From: Candidatus Saccharimonadota bacterium
Lineage (GTDB): Bacteria > Pseudomonadota > Alphaproteobacteria > Rickettsiales > Anaplasmataceae
Direction of reading: 5' to 3'
DNA length: 32,000 nt
Assembly (NCBI GenBank): GCA_029715105.1
Contig: CP085695.1
Span: 180,001-212,000, forward strand
This document shows positions 9,908 through 18,477 of this stretch, piece by piece (within the stretch, counting starts at the first letter, position 1; each line of letters opens with the position of its first letter). The translations under genes and the position numbers were made by a program. The notes under the pieces were generated by a model. The model searched no databases. It saw only the letters and a program-made list of their open reading frames with translations, and was not told the origin of the DNA.

Positions 9908-10696
9908 TTAATAAGAATGATTGTCTTGTGGAAATATTCCAGTTTTAATTTCGTTATCGAAGTTATTTAAAGCATTTCTTATTAATTGATACCCATTTAA
10001 ATAAGTTTTGAGAAATTTGGGGTGAAAATTATGATTCATACCCAGCATATCTTGTAACACTAATATTTGTCCAGATACACTAGATCCAGCTCCGATACCA
10101 ATCGTGGGAATTTGCAGCTTTTCTGTTATTGTTTCAGCCAATTTCATCGGGATGCATTCGAGTACTATTGAAAAGCAACCAGATTTTTCTAATTCGATAG
10201 CTGATTGAATAATTTCTTTAGCTTCATTTTCTAGTTTACCTTGTACTTTAAATTTTCCAAAATGGTTGATATGTTGAGGCATTAATCCCAAATGTCCCAT
10301 TACTGGAATACCTGACTCAACTATATGGGAGATTAATTTTAAATTTCCCTTTGCACCTTCTATTTTAATCGCGTGAGCACCGCTTTGTATAATTTGTAAT
10401 GCATATTCAACAGTATCTCTTAAACTTTTTCTAAATGATAAAAATGGCATATCCCCAATGATAATTTTGCTTTCCGCTCCTTTTGAAACTGCATTTATAT
10501 GAGTGCACATTAAATCTATAGTTGTAAACGTAGTATTTTTATAACCATGCATTATCATGGCCAAACTATCTCCAACTAAAATAGCATCTATATTTGTTGT
10601 ATCGATAATTTTTGCTAACCAATAATCATAACAAGTAATCATACTAATTTTTTGTGATGTATTTTTCATATTTTGAAACTTTAGAATATTTGTCAT
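9908..10696 (-). CDS. panB: 3-methyl-2-oxobutanoate hydroxymethyltransferase (ketopantoate hydroxymethyltransferase)
   Basis: 262-aa ORF with diagnostic PanB blocks: KISMITCYDY, AILVGDSLAMIMHGYKNT, IIIGDMPFLSF, IKIEG and GHLGLMPQ. Confidence 0.9.
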   Translation of the reverse strand: MTNILKFQNMKNTSQKISMITCYDYWLAKIIDTTNIDAILVGDSLAMIMHGYKNTTFTTIDLMCTHINAVSKGAESKIIIGDMPFLSFRKSLRDTVEYALQIIQSGAHAIKIEGAKGNLKLISHIVESGIPVMGHLGLMPQHINHFGKFKVQGKLENEAKEIIQSAIELEKSGCFSIVLECIPMKLAETITEKLQIPTIGIGAGSSVSGQILVLQDMLGMNHNFHPKFLKTYLNGYQLIRNALNNFDNEIKTGIFPQDNHSY

Positions 10697-10861
10697 ATTT
10701 GTACCAAATCTTATATATTTTAAGAATAAACTTTACATAATGAAATTAATTGGTTATAGCATGTCAAGATAAAATTCGTTATTTAGTTTTGTTAAGTATT
10801 ATAAAATGACGACCGTAATTTTGGATTTCTCTAGATGAAATTTTATTTCACTACAAAATTT

Positions 10862-10889
10862 TATTTTACCCAAATATTTTACCCAAATA
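10862..10889. repeat. Tandem direct repeat, 2 x 13 bp (TATTTTACCCAAA) plus a partial third unit
   Basis: Read directly from the sequence: TATTTTACCCAAA at 10862-10874 and again at 10875-10887, followed by TA. An imperfect related copy (AAATTTTATTTCAC) lies just upstream at about 10838-10852. The repeat is 166-193 bp upstream of the panB start codon. Confidence 0.6.
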
Positions 10890-11581
10890 AGAGTGGTATT
10901 TTCTTCTAAGAGAGTTCGTTTTATGTTTGTTATATGATAAAGTTGATTTTATTTTGTAATAATTTTATTTGATTAGGATTGTCGTTTTTATTTATTTGTA
11001 ATTATTATATAATTTTTATAAAAGTTTTTATAACTTTCTACAAAATCAAGTTTGAAAATTTGTGCTTAAATTTATAATTAATTAATAGGAGAGTAAATTA
11101 AAAATTTGTAAATATAATTTAAAATAATAATGAGATTTCTTTCTTTTGTTTATATTAATTTTGTTTTAAGGGGGGGTAGTTATTAATAAGTAGAAAGAGT
11201 TTTGACATTTTATAGTGTTGTTATAGGAATTTTAAATTATATTTGTTTTGTTTTATTTTATTTTGTATGTAATATATTTACGAGAATAATGATAAAATTT
11301 AATAATTAAAGTGATATCTGATAATGATTTTTAATAGAATTTAGATTCTATGTGTTTTAGTAGTTATTGAATAGGTGAAAAGTTATATTTTAATAGTTTT
11401 CATTATTTTAGTTTGAGGGTGATAGGAGTTTTCTTCTATCTCTTAGTAGGATGGTAGTTTTATCCGTAGGTGTTCCCCTATGGAGTCGTATGTATTGTAT
11501 GTGTAAAGATATAGAAGTTGTTATCAATTGTTTAATTAATTTTACTGTATGATGAATGTGAGTGTTTTTTTAATTTGTAAT

Positions 11582-12118
11582 TTAATTTTTAATTCTACTT
11601 TCCAACTCTAATTTAATTAGAGTATTGATTCTATCGATGTTATTAAGAAAATCTTTGCATTCTTTATTACTATATTTTTTGCCAGACGCCTTTTTTTCAA
11701 TAAAGAACTTTTTAAGTTTTTTTATATCAGTATTTTGATGTGTACTTAGTACAATATTTTTTTCTACAAAACTAAGATCTGATAGCAGTAAACTAACTTC
11801 TAGTAAATCATTGCTTTTAATCTTTGTAAGATTATCAAGATTGTTTAATATATCGAATACTTTGAATTCTTCATGAGCAATCTTTTGATCTTCTTTATCG
11901 AGTTTAGACAATAATTTTTTGTTATTTGCAAATTTCTTCTTAAGAGCTTTATTAATTTTTAAAAGATTAATATCATCTTGTTCAACACTATCAAGTAATA
12001 AGTTTACTTTTGCTCTACGTGCGTTTATGATATCATTATAGTTGTTTAATTTTAAATTACCGTTTTTGTCTAAATATAATCGATAATAATTAAAACCTTT
12101 AAAGTTTTTCGTTTTCAT
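11582..12118 (-). CDS. Hypothetical Lys-rich, predicted helical protein encoded 56 nt downstream of the last VirB6 paralog
   Basis: 178-aa ORF on the same strand as the T4SS operon. It has no signal peptide or transmembrane segment and no motif I recognise. Composition is heptad-like and charged. Coding status is supported only by ORF length in a stop-rich AT-rich background and by its position. Confidence 0.5.
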   Translation of the reverse strand: MKTKNFKGFNYYRLYLDKNGNLKLNNYNDIINARRAKVNLLLDSVEQDDINLLKINKALKKKFANNKKLLSKLDKEDQKIAHEEFKVFDILNNLDNLTKIKSNDLLEVSLLLSDLSFVEKNIVLSTHQNTDIKKLKKFFIEKKASGKKYSNKECKDFLNNIDRINTLIKLELESRIKN

Positions 12119-12174
12119 TGTTATTTCAATTTTATTGATTTTATCAACATATTTTGATGATGTATCTTTATTAT

Positions 12175-15100
12175 TTAATATTCCCTATTATTTTTTGTTT
12201 TAAATCTGATATGTACTTGATTGCTATCTTTTTTGTTTTCATATTTTTCTGGGTCTTTTTTACGTCCTATGAGATACTCATGAAGTTTATCTAGAAATTC
12301 TCGTCTATGCGACTTAATTCTATAGAGCAAGTTATCATTATATTTGTTACGTATAGAATCAATACTATGTTTCCATGTAAATTTCATGATATCTTCTATT
12401 GTGTAGCCTAAATGTGATCCCATATATCCTTTATAGTAATTTATATATCTGCTAATTTTTCTATGTGTAATATTTTCTTTATCAATTCCAAACGCTTTAT
12501 AAATCTTTTCTTCAAGTCTATCAACATTGTTTTCAGTAGTTGTTATAAATTTCGTTGTTTCTATAGAAGTATTTATAAATTTTCGTGGTACATCAATAGT
12601 ATATTTTAATATATTCCCAACTTGTGGTATTCTACTAAATAAGTTGGCAGTACCTTTGGTTAATTTATTCGGTAGGCGAGTAGTCCAATTTTCTAAAGAT
12701 TCCAGTTTATTACCAATTGTATCTTGCCAATGTGATTTAAGTGTATAAATAATATCTTTTAGGTTAATGTTTTGTCCATTCACTTTAAATGGTAAACTAA
12801 TTATATTGCTTTTTTCATAAATACTAGATATAGTATAAACGCTATAACCGACATCTATGAGATTTGTGCCCATTTGTTGTACAAATTCTCGTAAGGAGAA
12901 CATTAAGAATGAGAGCAGAAATAATATGAAAACTTCACTGATATTAATTAGGTAACCTCTTTGTATATCTTGTACTCTTTGATAGTCATTATTTTCCTGA
13001 TATTTATCATTTAACATATGAAAATTTTGTAATTGACAATCTACATCTCGTTTAATTTTATTTTTTATTAAAGTTTTTATTTTGCTTACTATTATATCTT
13101 TATGTTTGCTGCATATATTTATATCTTGACAGTAGAGTTTTAATATATGATTAACATCATTACCATCTATTTTGTTATTAATATTTTCTATTAGCGATAG
13201 GATATCGGATTTTTCTGATGCATGGGACAGACTGTTTATTAGACGTACTAAATTTTTTGTATTTTCATTACAATTAGTATTAACCACTATATCGTTTTCT
13301 GTTATGTAATGATCTGCTGGATTATTTTTAATTCCAGGAATTGGATTGAAAAAGGGATAATCTACATAACGAAAACCTTTATTATGGTAATTTGGTGGAA
13401 TATAGATATATTTGACTCCACCAGTAAACTTTACTGTGCCAGCTTTTAACATGAAGTCTTCATCTATTTTTAATGAAGAAGATTTTCCTATAGAGTAGGG
13501 TATTAAAATTTGTCCCGGAGTCCAGTGAAAAAGTTGTTTTTCAAAAAAACAAGAACCACCAAGTATTTCTGGAGTACAAAGTTTTATATCAAGCCATTTA
13601 TTATAACATACCGTGAAGCCTAGATTTCTATAAAAGGTATCCATTATCATTTCAGCTAATAACGAGAGTAGAGTAAATATCATGATTGATTGTAGACAAA
13701 AACTAATACAAAACTTTATCCAACCTTCGAATAGACTCTTTAGAGGTGAAAATAGAATAGAAATTAAGAAAATTGGCATTATCGCTATAAGAAAAGCTAT
13801 ACCAATAAAGCCAGAAAGGAATATTATGTAGGCATATACACATAGTAGAAAATATAAAATAATTCCTCCTAAGATAGCTGGTATTATGAGCACACTTGTC
13901 CACATTTGATAGCTTAAGAGAGCTGCAAATTTTCTCCAAACAGAGTAGGAAAAGAATTTATTAAACATAATATTCATAAAGTTAAATAGTTCAATGTGAG
14001 TTTCTTCATAATTTTCATTGGGTAATAAACTATTATCTGTATTTATATTAGAATTAAAGTTAGTGATTAAATTTAATATGTATTCAAGTCCTTCAACAAA
14101 TAAGACAAGAAAATGGTTATAGAAAAATTTAAAGCTTCCTGGGGATATAAGGACTATTATTAGAGTAATTTTCATCATTCTAATAAGAATATCATGCTTA
14201 ATTTCTTGTATCATACCAAAAAGATAAAGAAGAGATGTGATTATTATGAATAAAATAAGTGAAGAAAGAACAAAATTGTGGAAGCTTACACTTTTTTCAA
14301 CGATATTTTGAAATATTGTTTGTGCAGCTGCAGGCTTATTAGTAAGAAAATATTTTTTACAATTTTTGTTATTAATTAACAATACACATTTTAGGTAGTT
14401 ATAGATATAATCAAAAAAATTAAAATTACTAGGTTTTTGAACTCCGCTTAAAAATTCGAAAGAATAGCCTCCTACATTATTTAAGTAATGTTTGTCTAGT
14501 ATTTTTACATATATTTTCCATCCTTTTTCTAGTTCTAGTGAATTACAACTTTTGTCTCTTAGTTTAGTTTTATCTCCTTTTCTTAAAATAAAAAGTCCGT
14601 TTTCATTTTCTGTTGTTGTGTTGTAATCCAAATGTATGGTAGGAGAGTCTGGATTATGCATAGATTTTAAACTTTCATTGGGATTTTTATCACCAGGTCT
14701 CTTAAATAGGAAGTAGGCACCATAACCATTAGTGAACCAGCATGTTCTATGTGATATTGTGTTTTTGATATTGTTACCTTCATCAGAGTAGTTATAACCT
14801 GCACAATTTGTGTTAAGATTGTTTGAGGGTTTTTGTATATTATTGAGTTTGTAACTATTACATATCAAATGAGGATCAGGTAAGTTGTTGTTTTGTTTAT
14901 TTTCAAATTTAGCTGTATATTTTATTTGCTCTAAGCTTTGTAAGCTATAATTTTCAGATTTTGTTTTTTTATCATTCCAAGATGTCCAGGCACCATTAAT
15001 TCGTACTATTAGGTCGTTTCCATTAGTTTCAAATTCTGTATCCTTCCACTTTACCACTTGGTCATGGTGAAAACTATAATCAATTTCATTTGTTTCTGGA

Positions 15101-15306
15101 TTAATTTGTTTTTTATTTTCGCTTTCGGGAAAAAATGCATTATGACCTATTGGAAAATGAGCACTAATTGTAATTGGTTCAGGACCGAAATAGTCAGCAG
15201 ATATACATCTCGGAAAAGGCATATCATTTTTGTTGCAACTTGTTATCAATATATAAATTGTAAAAATCAATAATTTAAACCAAAATGTATAGAAGTGTAG
15301 TTGCAT
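12175..15306 (-). CDS. virB6: Enlarged VirB6/TrbL-family T4SS inner-membrane channel protein, paralog 4
   Basis: 1043-aa ORF. It starts with a lipobox-like signal (ILITSC, Cys24), followed by a roughly 315-aa hydrophilic domain and a polytopic core (about res 340-560). The core carries the paralog-conserved block PIFLISILFSPLKSLFEGWIKF, which includes the invariant Trp. A roughly 220-aa loop, a final transmembrane helix (about 788-806) and a 237-aa tail follow. Confidence 0.8.
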   Translation of the reverse strand: MQLHFYTFWFKLLIFTIYILITSCNKNDMPFPRCISADYFGPEPITISAHFPIGHNAFFPESENKKQINPETNEIDYSFHHDQVVKWKDTEFETNGNDLIVRINGAWTSWNDKKTKSENYSLQSLEQIKYTAKFENKQNNNLPDPHLICNSYKLNNIQKPSNNLNTNCAGYNYSDEGNNIKNTISHRTCWFTNGYGAYFLFKRPGDKNPNESLKSMHNPDSPTIHLDYNTTTENENGLFILRKGDKTKLRDKSCNSLELEKGWKIYVKILDKHYLNNVGGYSFEFLSGVQKPSNFNFFDYIYNYLKCVLLINNKNCKKYFLTNKPAAAQTIFQNIVEKSVSFHNFVLSSLILFIIITSLLYLFGMIQEIKHDILIRMMKITLIIVLISPGSFKFFYNHFLVLFVEGLEYILNLITNFNSNINTDNSLLPNENYEETHIELFNFMNIMFNKFFSYSVWRKFAALLSYQMWTSVLIIPAILGGIILYFLLCVYAYIIFLSGFIGIAFLIAIMPIFLISILFSPLKSLFEGWIKFCISFCLQSIMIFTLLSLLAEMIMDTFYRNLGFTVCYNKWLDIKLCTPEILGGSCFFEKQLFHWTPGQILIPYSIGKSSSLKIDEDFMLKAGTVKFTGGVKYIYIPPNYHNKGFRYVDYPFFNPIPGIKNNPADHYITENDIVVNTNCNENTKNLVRLINSLSHASEKSDILSLIENINNKIDGNDVNHILKLYCQDINICSKHKDIIVSKIKTLIKNKIKRDVDCQLQNFHMLNDKYQENNDYQRVQDIQRGYLINISEVFILFLLSFLMFSLREFVQQMGTNLIDVGYSVYTISSIYEKSNIISLPFKVNGQNINLKDIIYTLKSHWQDTIGNKLESLENWTTRLPNKLTKGTANLFSRIPQVGNILKYTIDVPRKFINTSIETTKFITTTENNVDRLEEKIYKAFGIDKENITHRKISRYINYYKGYMGSHLGYTIEDIMKFTWKHSIDSIRNKYNDNLLYRIKSHRREFLDKLHEYLIGRKKDPEKYENKKDSNQVHIRFKTKNNREY

Positions 15307-15531
15307 ATTTATTTCTAAAATGAGAAATAAAGTTTATTAGTTAGAATAAAATTCTATGCTTTAAGAATATTTTATATGATATTACTTATTTTGTATTTTT
15401 CTAATTTTAGAATTTGATATTTTTACTTTTGTAGTAGCTTCTATATTATTTTACTATATTTAGTATTAATTCTAAATTTTTTATTTAGATCAATAAAATT
15501 TTTCAGGATTTTATAATTTTGGTATTTTTGT

Positions 15532-18462
15532 TTAATTTTTGTTGTTAGTTATGTTTCTAACGTGTGGTATTATACCTTTAATTCCACTTCTTTTGTTTCC
15601 TTGAGTCATATCATCAAGTCCTACGGTTGAGAGTAGGGCTTGTGACGCATTGTAAGTAACTTGACTAATACTATTAGCAACGGCGAAACCAACATTAAAT
15701 ATTGTTTGAGTTATAGTTTCTGATGTAAAAACGAAGACTCTTATCGCTTTAGTTATAATAAGATATATAATTGCTTGAATTAAATCTATTGGTAATTCTG
15801 CAAAGTATCCAATAGTTTTATTGCTGTTTAATACCGTACTAACATCAGTGTTGGGGCTATATCCAAGTGGGAGCATAGATTTCATAAAACAAAAATCATG
15901 TGACAAAAAGTTTACACTAATTATGCACTGGTAGCATACGGAAAAGTTTGTTAAATTGTATAAGACTGAATACATCAATTGATTTAATATTGATAAGAAT
16001 GATAATAAAATTATTGGTTGTACAGCTATATGAGCGAGCGCTTTTATCCATCCATCAAATAAGAATTTAGTTTGTTGAAATAAAATAAATATAGTAAATA
16101 AAGGTGTTAATGATAATAAAAATGCTACTAAAATAGTAGATATCATATATTTAAATATAGCACTGATAATGCATTTTAAGAATACGAAACTAGCATGAGA
16201 TATTATTAAAAAGGCGATAAAACCAAAAGGACCAGCAAATATTAAAGACAAAAATTTTAACCATGTTTCTCCTGTAAATAACGTTCCTGCTGTTAAATCC
16301 AGAAATGCAAATTTTTTGTTTTCTTCTCCTATATAACCAGAAAAGCTATCTACTAAATGAATGCTGCTATTTATAAAAAGTTTTGATAAAGTTTCTCCAA
16401 GGAATTCCCAGCTCTTATTACTAAAAGAGAAAGTTATAAATGTTACTTTCATTATTCTTATGATAAAATCTAGTTTACTTAATTGTATTGTTCCAAGCAT
16501 ATAACTAACGATAGTATGTATGATATATAATGTAAGTAAGACTCTTATACTCTTAAGAAGACCTTTAGCATATCCTTTATGTAATTCTTTAATATTATCT
16601 TCGATTATCTTTTTTTTTGTAAAGTCGAATATCATGTTTATATTTGATGAAACAAAATTATTAATTTTTTTATTAATAAATAAGGTTATATTATATCCAT
16701 TGTTTTTGTAATATTTACCTTTTTCGTCTGTTATATCTTCTTTTTTTATATTGCTTACGTCGATACCAAAATATATCTTTTTAGATTCTCCATCTTGAAG
16801 ATGTTCTCCGCTTATTATATTAGTAGATTTATCTTTTTCATTTATCCTTATTGGTTTAAAACTAGCATTGGCTTCAATGTTATTTAAATCTTTAGGTGCA
16901 TTATCACCTATATATATGTATAATTTTTGACCGTTGATGTATTCACAAGATCTACTTACTTCAACGTGATACCCGCCTCTTTTATTAAATTCATAAAAAC
17001 CGTGATTTGCGATAGCTAACATTACATCACTATTAGGTAATACATTTTCATTTACTTTATAGCTATGATTTAATCTTAAGGAAAAATCTTCAAAATTATT
17101 GCTGGGTTTTGAACATTTAAGCATAGAAGAATCATACTTCTTTTGTTCGTAACTACCTGTGGTGTTTTTTTCTTTTGGAAGACATTGAACACTTTTAATG
17201 TTATCGTTTTTTGTGTCAAATTCAAGGTTTTTTATCAGGTCTGAATTACCTATTTTTGCGACAAGAGCTTCAGCCCAAATGATATCGGTATTTTTTTCAT
17301 CCATTAATATGGTGTTAGAATTATTTTCATTTTCTTTAATTTTTTTGAGTTTATTTTCAACTGTTTTAAGATGTGAATACATATCACATCTTTCAAAATT
17401 TTTTTTGTCATATTTTTTATATCTTATAGAGGAGATACAATTTCGAATTCCTTTTTTATGTAAGTGTTCATTGAATATACCTTCTTTAGTAAAACATATA
17501 TTCTGGTAGTAACAATTGAGTTCATAAGAATCATACTTCTTTATTTCGTTGATAATATTATGATAGTTTTTTTTGTTATATAGTTGTTCTAATCCAATTA
17601 GAGTAGAGTTATACTGTTTTATTTTATTAAAATCGCAGTTTTTTTTATCGCATAATTCGTTTAAACCTATTTTTGTTTGTCGTAAGTCCAATAGTGCACC
17701 ATTTATCCATGGTTCATCATCCTGAACGAAATATTTATTAAAATGGATCTTGTTATCGTACGGAGTGTATCCATTGCCAACTAATACTTTTCTTTTCTTA
17801 TCAAGAAGAGGAAAAAATTCTGTTTTATTTCTTTTTCCGCTTTTATTTTCGCAATAAAATACCTTTCCCTTTTTATCATTAATATTAAGTATTTCATTTG
17901 CTAATACTTTTTCATTTCCTATTCTAGTTTTGTAACAGTTATCGTCAATACTGATTTTTTTCCCTAGATTATTAGGATTGATTTCTATTTCTCTAGGAAC
18001 TAAGTTAAAGTTTAATTTATCGCCAGGATTTACTTTAATTCCTGTATTTACGTAACGTCTATTACTACCAAACCCCTTACTACCACATAATTCGTTTTCA
18101 TTTATTTTTTTTTCATCGATACCATAATTATCAGGTACATCATCAATATTTGCAGCTCTACTATAGTTTGGAATTGAGCCATCAGTACAAAATGTAGCAG
18201 GAACAAGTACTTTTTTTATATTTTTATTTTTGTTGGGGCAAAAATTTATTGACCCATTGAGATTAAATTTTATTTTTTCATTTTTATTAATTGTTTGACC
18301 AGAATCGACCCAATGAATTTTGATTTTTTCGTCGGATTTATGAACAGGAATGTTTATGTTAACACTGATATTTCCTTTTTGGATTCCTGCTTCTATACAG
18401 TCCATATTACAGTTAGTAATTATAAGATACATTACCAATAATAGTGATTTTTTATTTATCAT
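15532..18462 (-). CDS. virB6: Enlarged VirB6/TrbL-family T4SS inner-membrane channel protein, paralog 3
   Basis: 976-aa ORF. It has a signal peptide with a lipobox-like LIITNC (Cys18) and a roughly 615-aa Cys-rich hydrophilic domain. The polytopic core contains LSLTPLFTIFILFQQTKFLFDGWIKALAHIAVQPIILL, which aligns with the other three paralogs. Confidence 0.8.
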   Translation of the reverse strand: MINKKSLLLVMYLIITNCNMDCIEAGIQKGNISVNINIPVHKSDEKIKIHWVDSGQTINKNEKIKFNLNGSINFCPNKNKNIKKVLVPATFCTDGSIPNYSRAANIDDVPDNYGIDEKKINENELCGSKGFGSNRRYVNTGIKVNPGDKLNFNLVPREIEINPNNLGKKISIDDNCYKTRIGNEKVLANEILNINDKKGKVFYCENKSGKRNKTEFFPLLDKKRKVLVGNGYTPYDNKIHFNKYFVQDDEPWINGALLDLRQTKIGLNELCDKKNCDFNKIKQYNSTLIGLEQLYNKKNYHNIINEIKKYDSYELNCYYQNICFTKEGIFNEHLHKKGIRNCISSIRYKKYDKKNFERCDMYSHLKTVENKLKKIKENENNSNTILMDEKNTDIIWAEALVAKIGNSDLIKNLEFDTKNDNIKSVQCLPKEKNTTGSYEQKKYDSSMLKCSKPSNNFEDFSLRLNHSYKVNENVLPNSDVMLAIANHGFYEFNKRGGYHVEVSRSCEYINGQKLYIYIGDNAPKDLNNIEANASFKPIRINEKDKSTNIISGEHLQDGESKKIYFGIDVSNIKKEDITDEKGKYYKNNGYNITLFINKKINNFVSSNINMIFDFTKKKIIEDNIKELHKGYAKGLLKSIRVLLTLYIIHTIVSYMLGTIQLSKLDFIIRIMKVTFITFSFSNKSWEFLGETLSKLFINSSIHLVDSFSGYIGEENKKFAFLDLTAGTLFTGETWLKFLSLIFAGPFGFIAFLIISHASFVFLKCIISAIFKYMISTILVAFLLSLTPLFTIFILFQQTKFLFDGWIKALAHIAVQPIILLSFLSILNQLMYSVLYNLTNFSVCYQCIISVNFLSHDFCFMKSMLPLGYSPNTDVSTVLNSNKTIGYFAELPIDLIQAIIYLIITKAIRVFVFTSETITQTIFNVGFAVANSISQVTYNASQALLSTVGLDDMTQGNKRSGIKGIIPHVRNITNNKN

Positions 18463-18477
18463 GTTTGTGATATTTTC

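Noticed and set aside
10737-10767. Perfect TTGACA (minus strand, 10762-10767) upstream of panB, considered as a -35 element
   Set aside because: The best -10 candidate (CATTAT) is 19 nt away and alternatives at 17-18 nt are poor, so no promoter is called.
11400-11486. G-rich, partly self-complementary stretch, considered as a tRNA or tRNA-like gene
   Set aside because: It has no T-loop consensus (GTTCRANYC), no acceptor-stem pairing and no cloverleaf that I could fold by hand. It is kept only as part of the spacer finding.
15399-15412. Palindrome TTCTAA-TT-TTAGAA in the 225-nt virB6-3/virB6-4 spacer, considered as an internal terminator or operator
   Set aside because: It is entirely A/T apart from one C/G pair per arm, has a 2-nt centre and no U-tract. 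Such palindromes are expected by chance in this composition.
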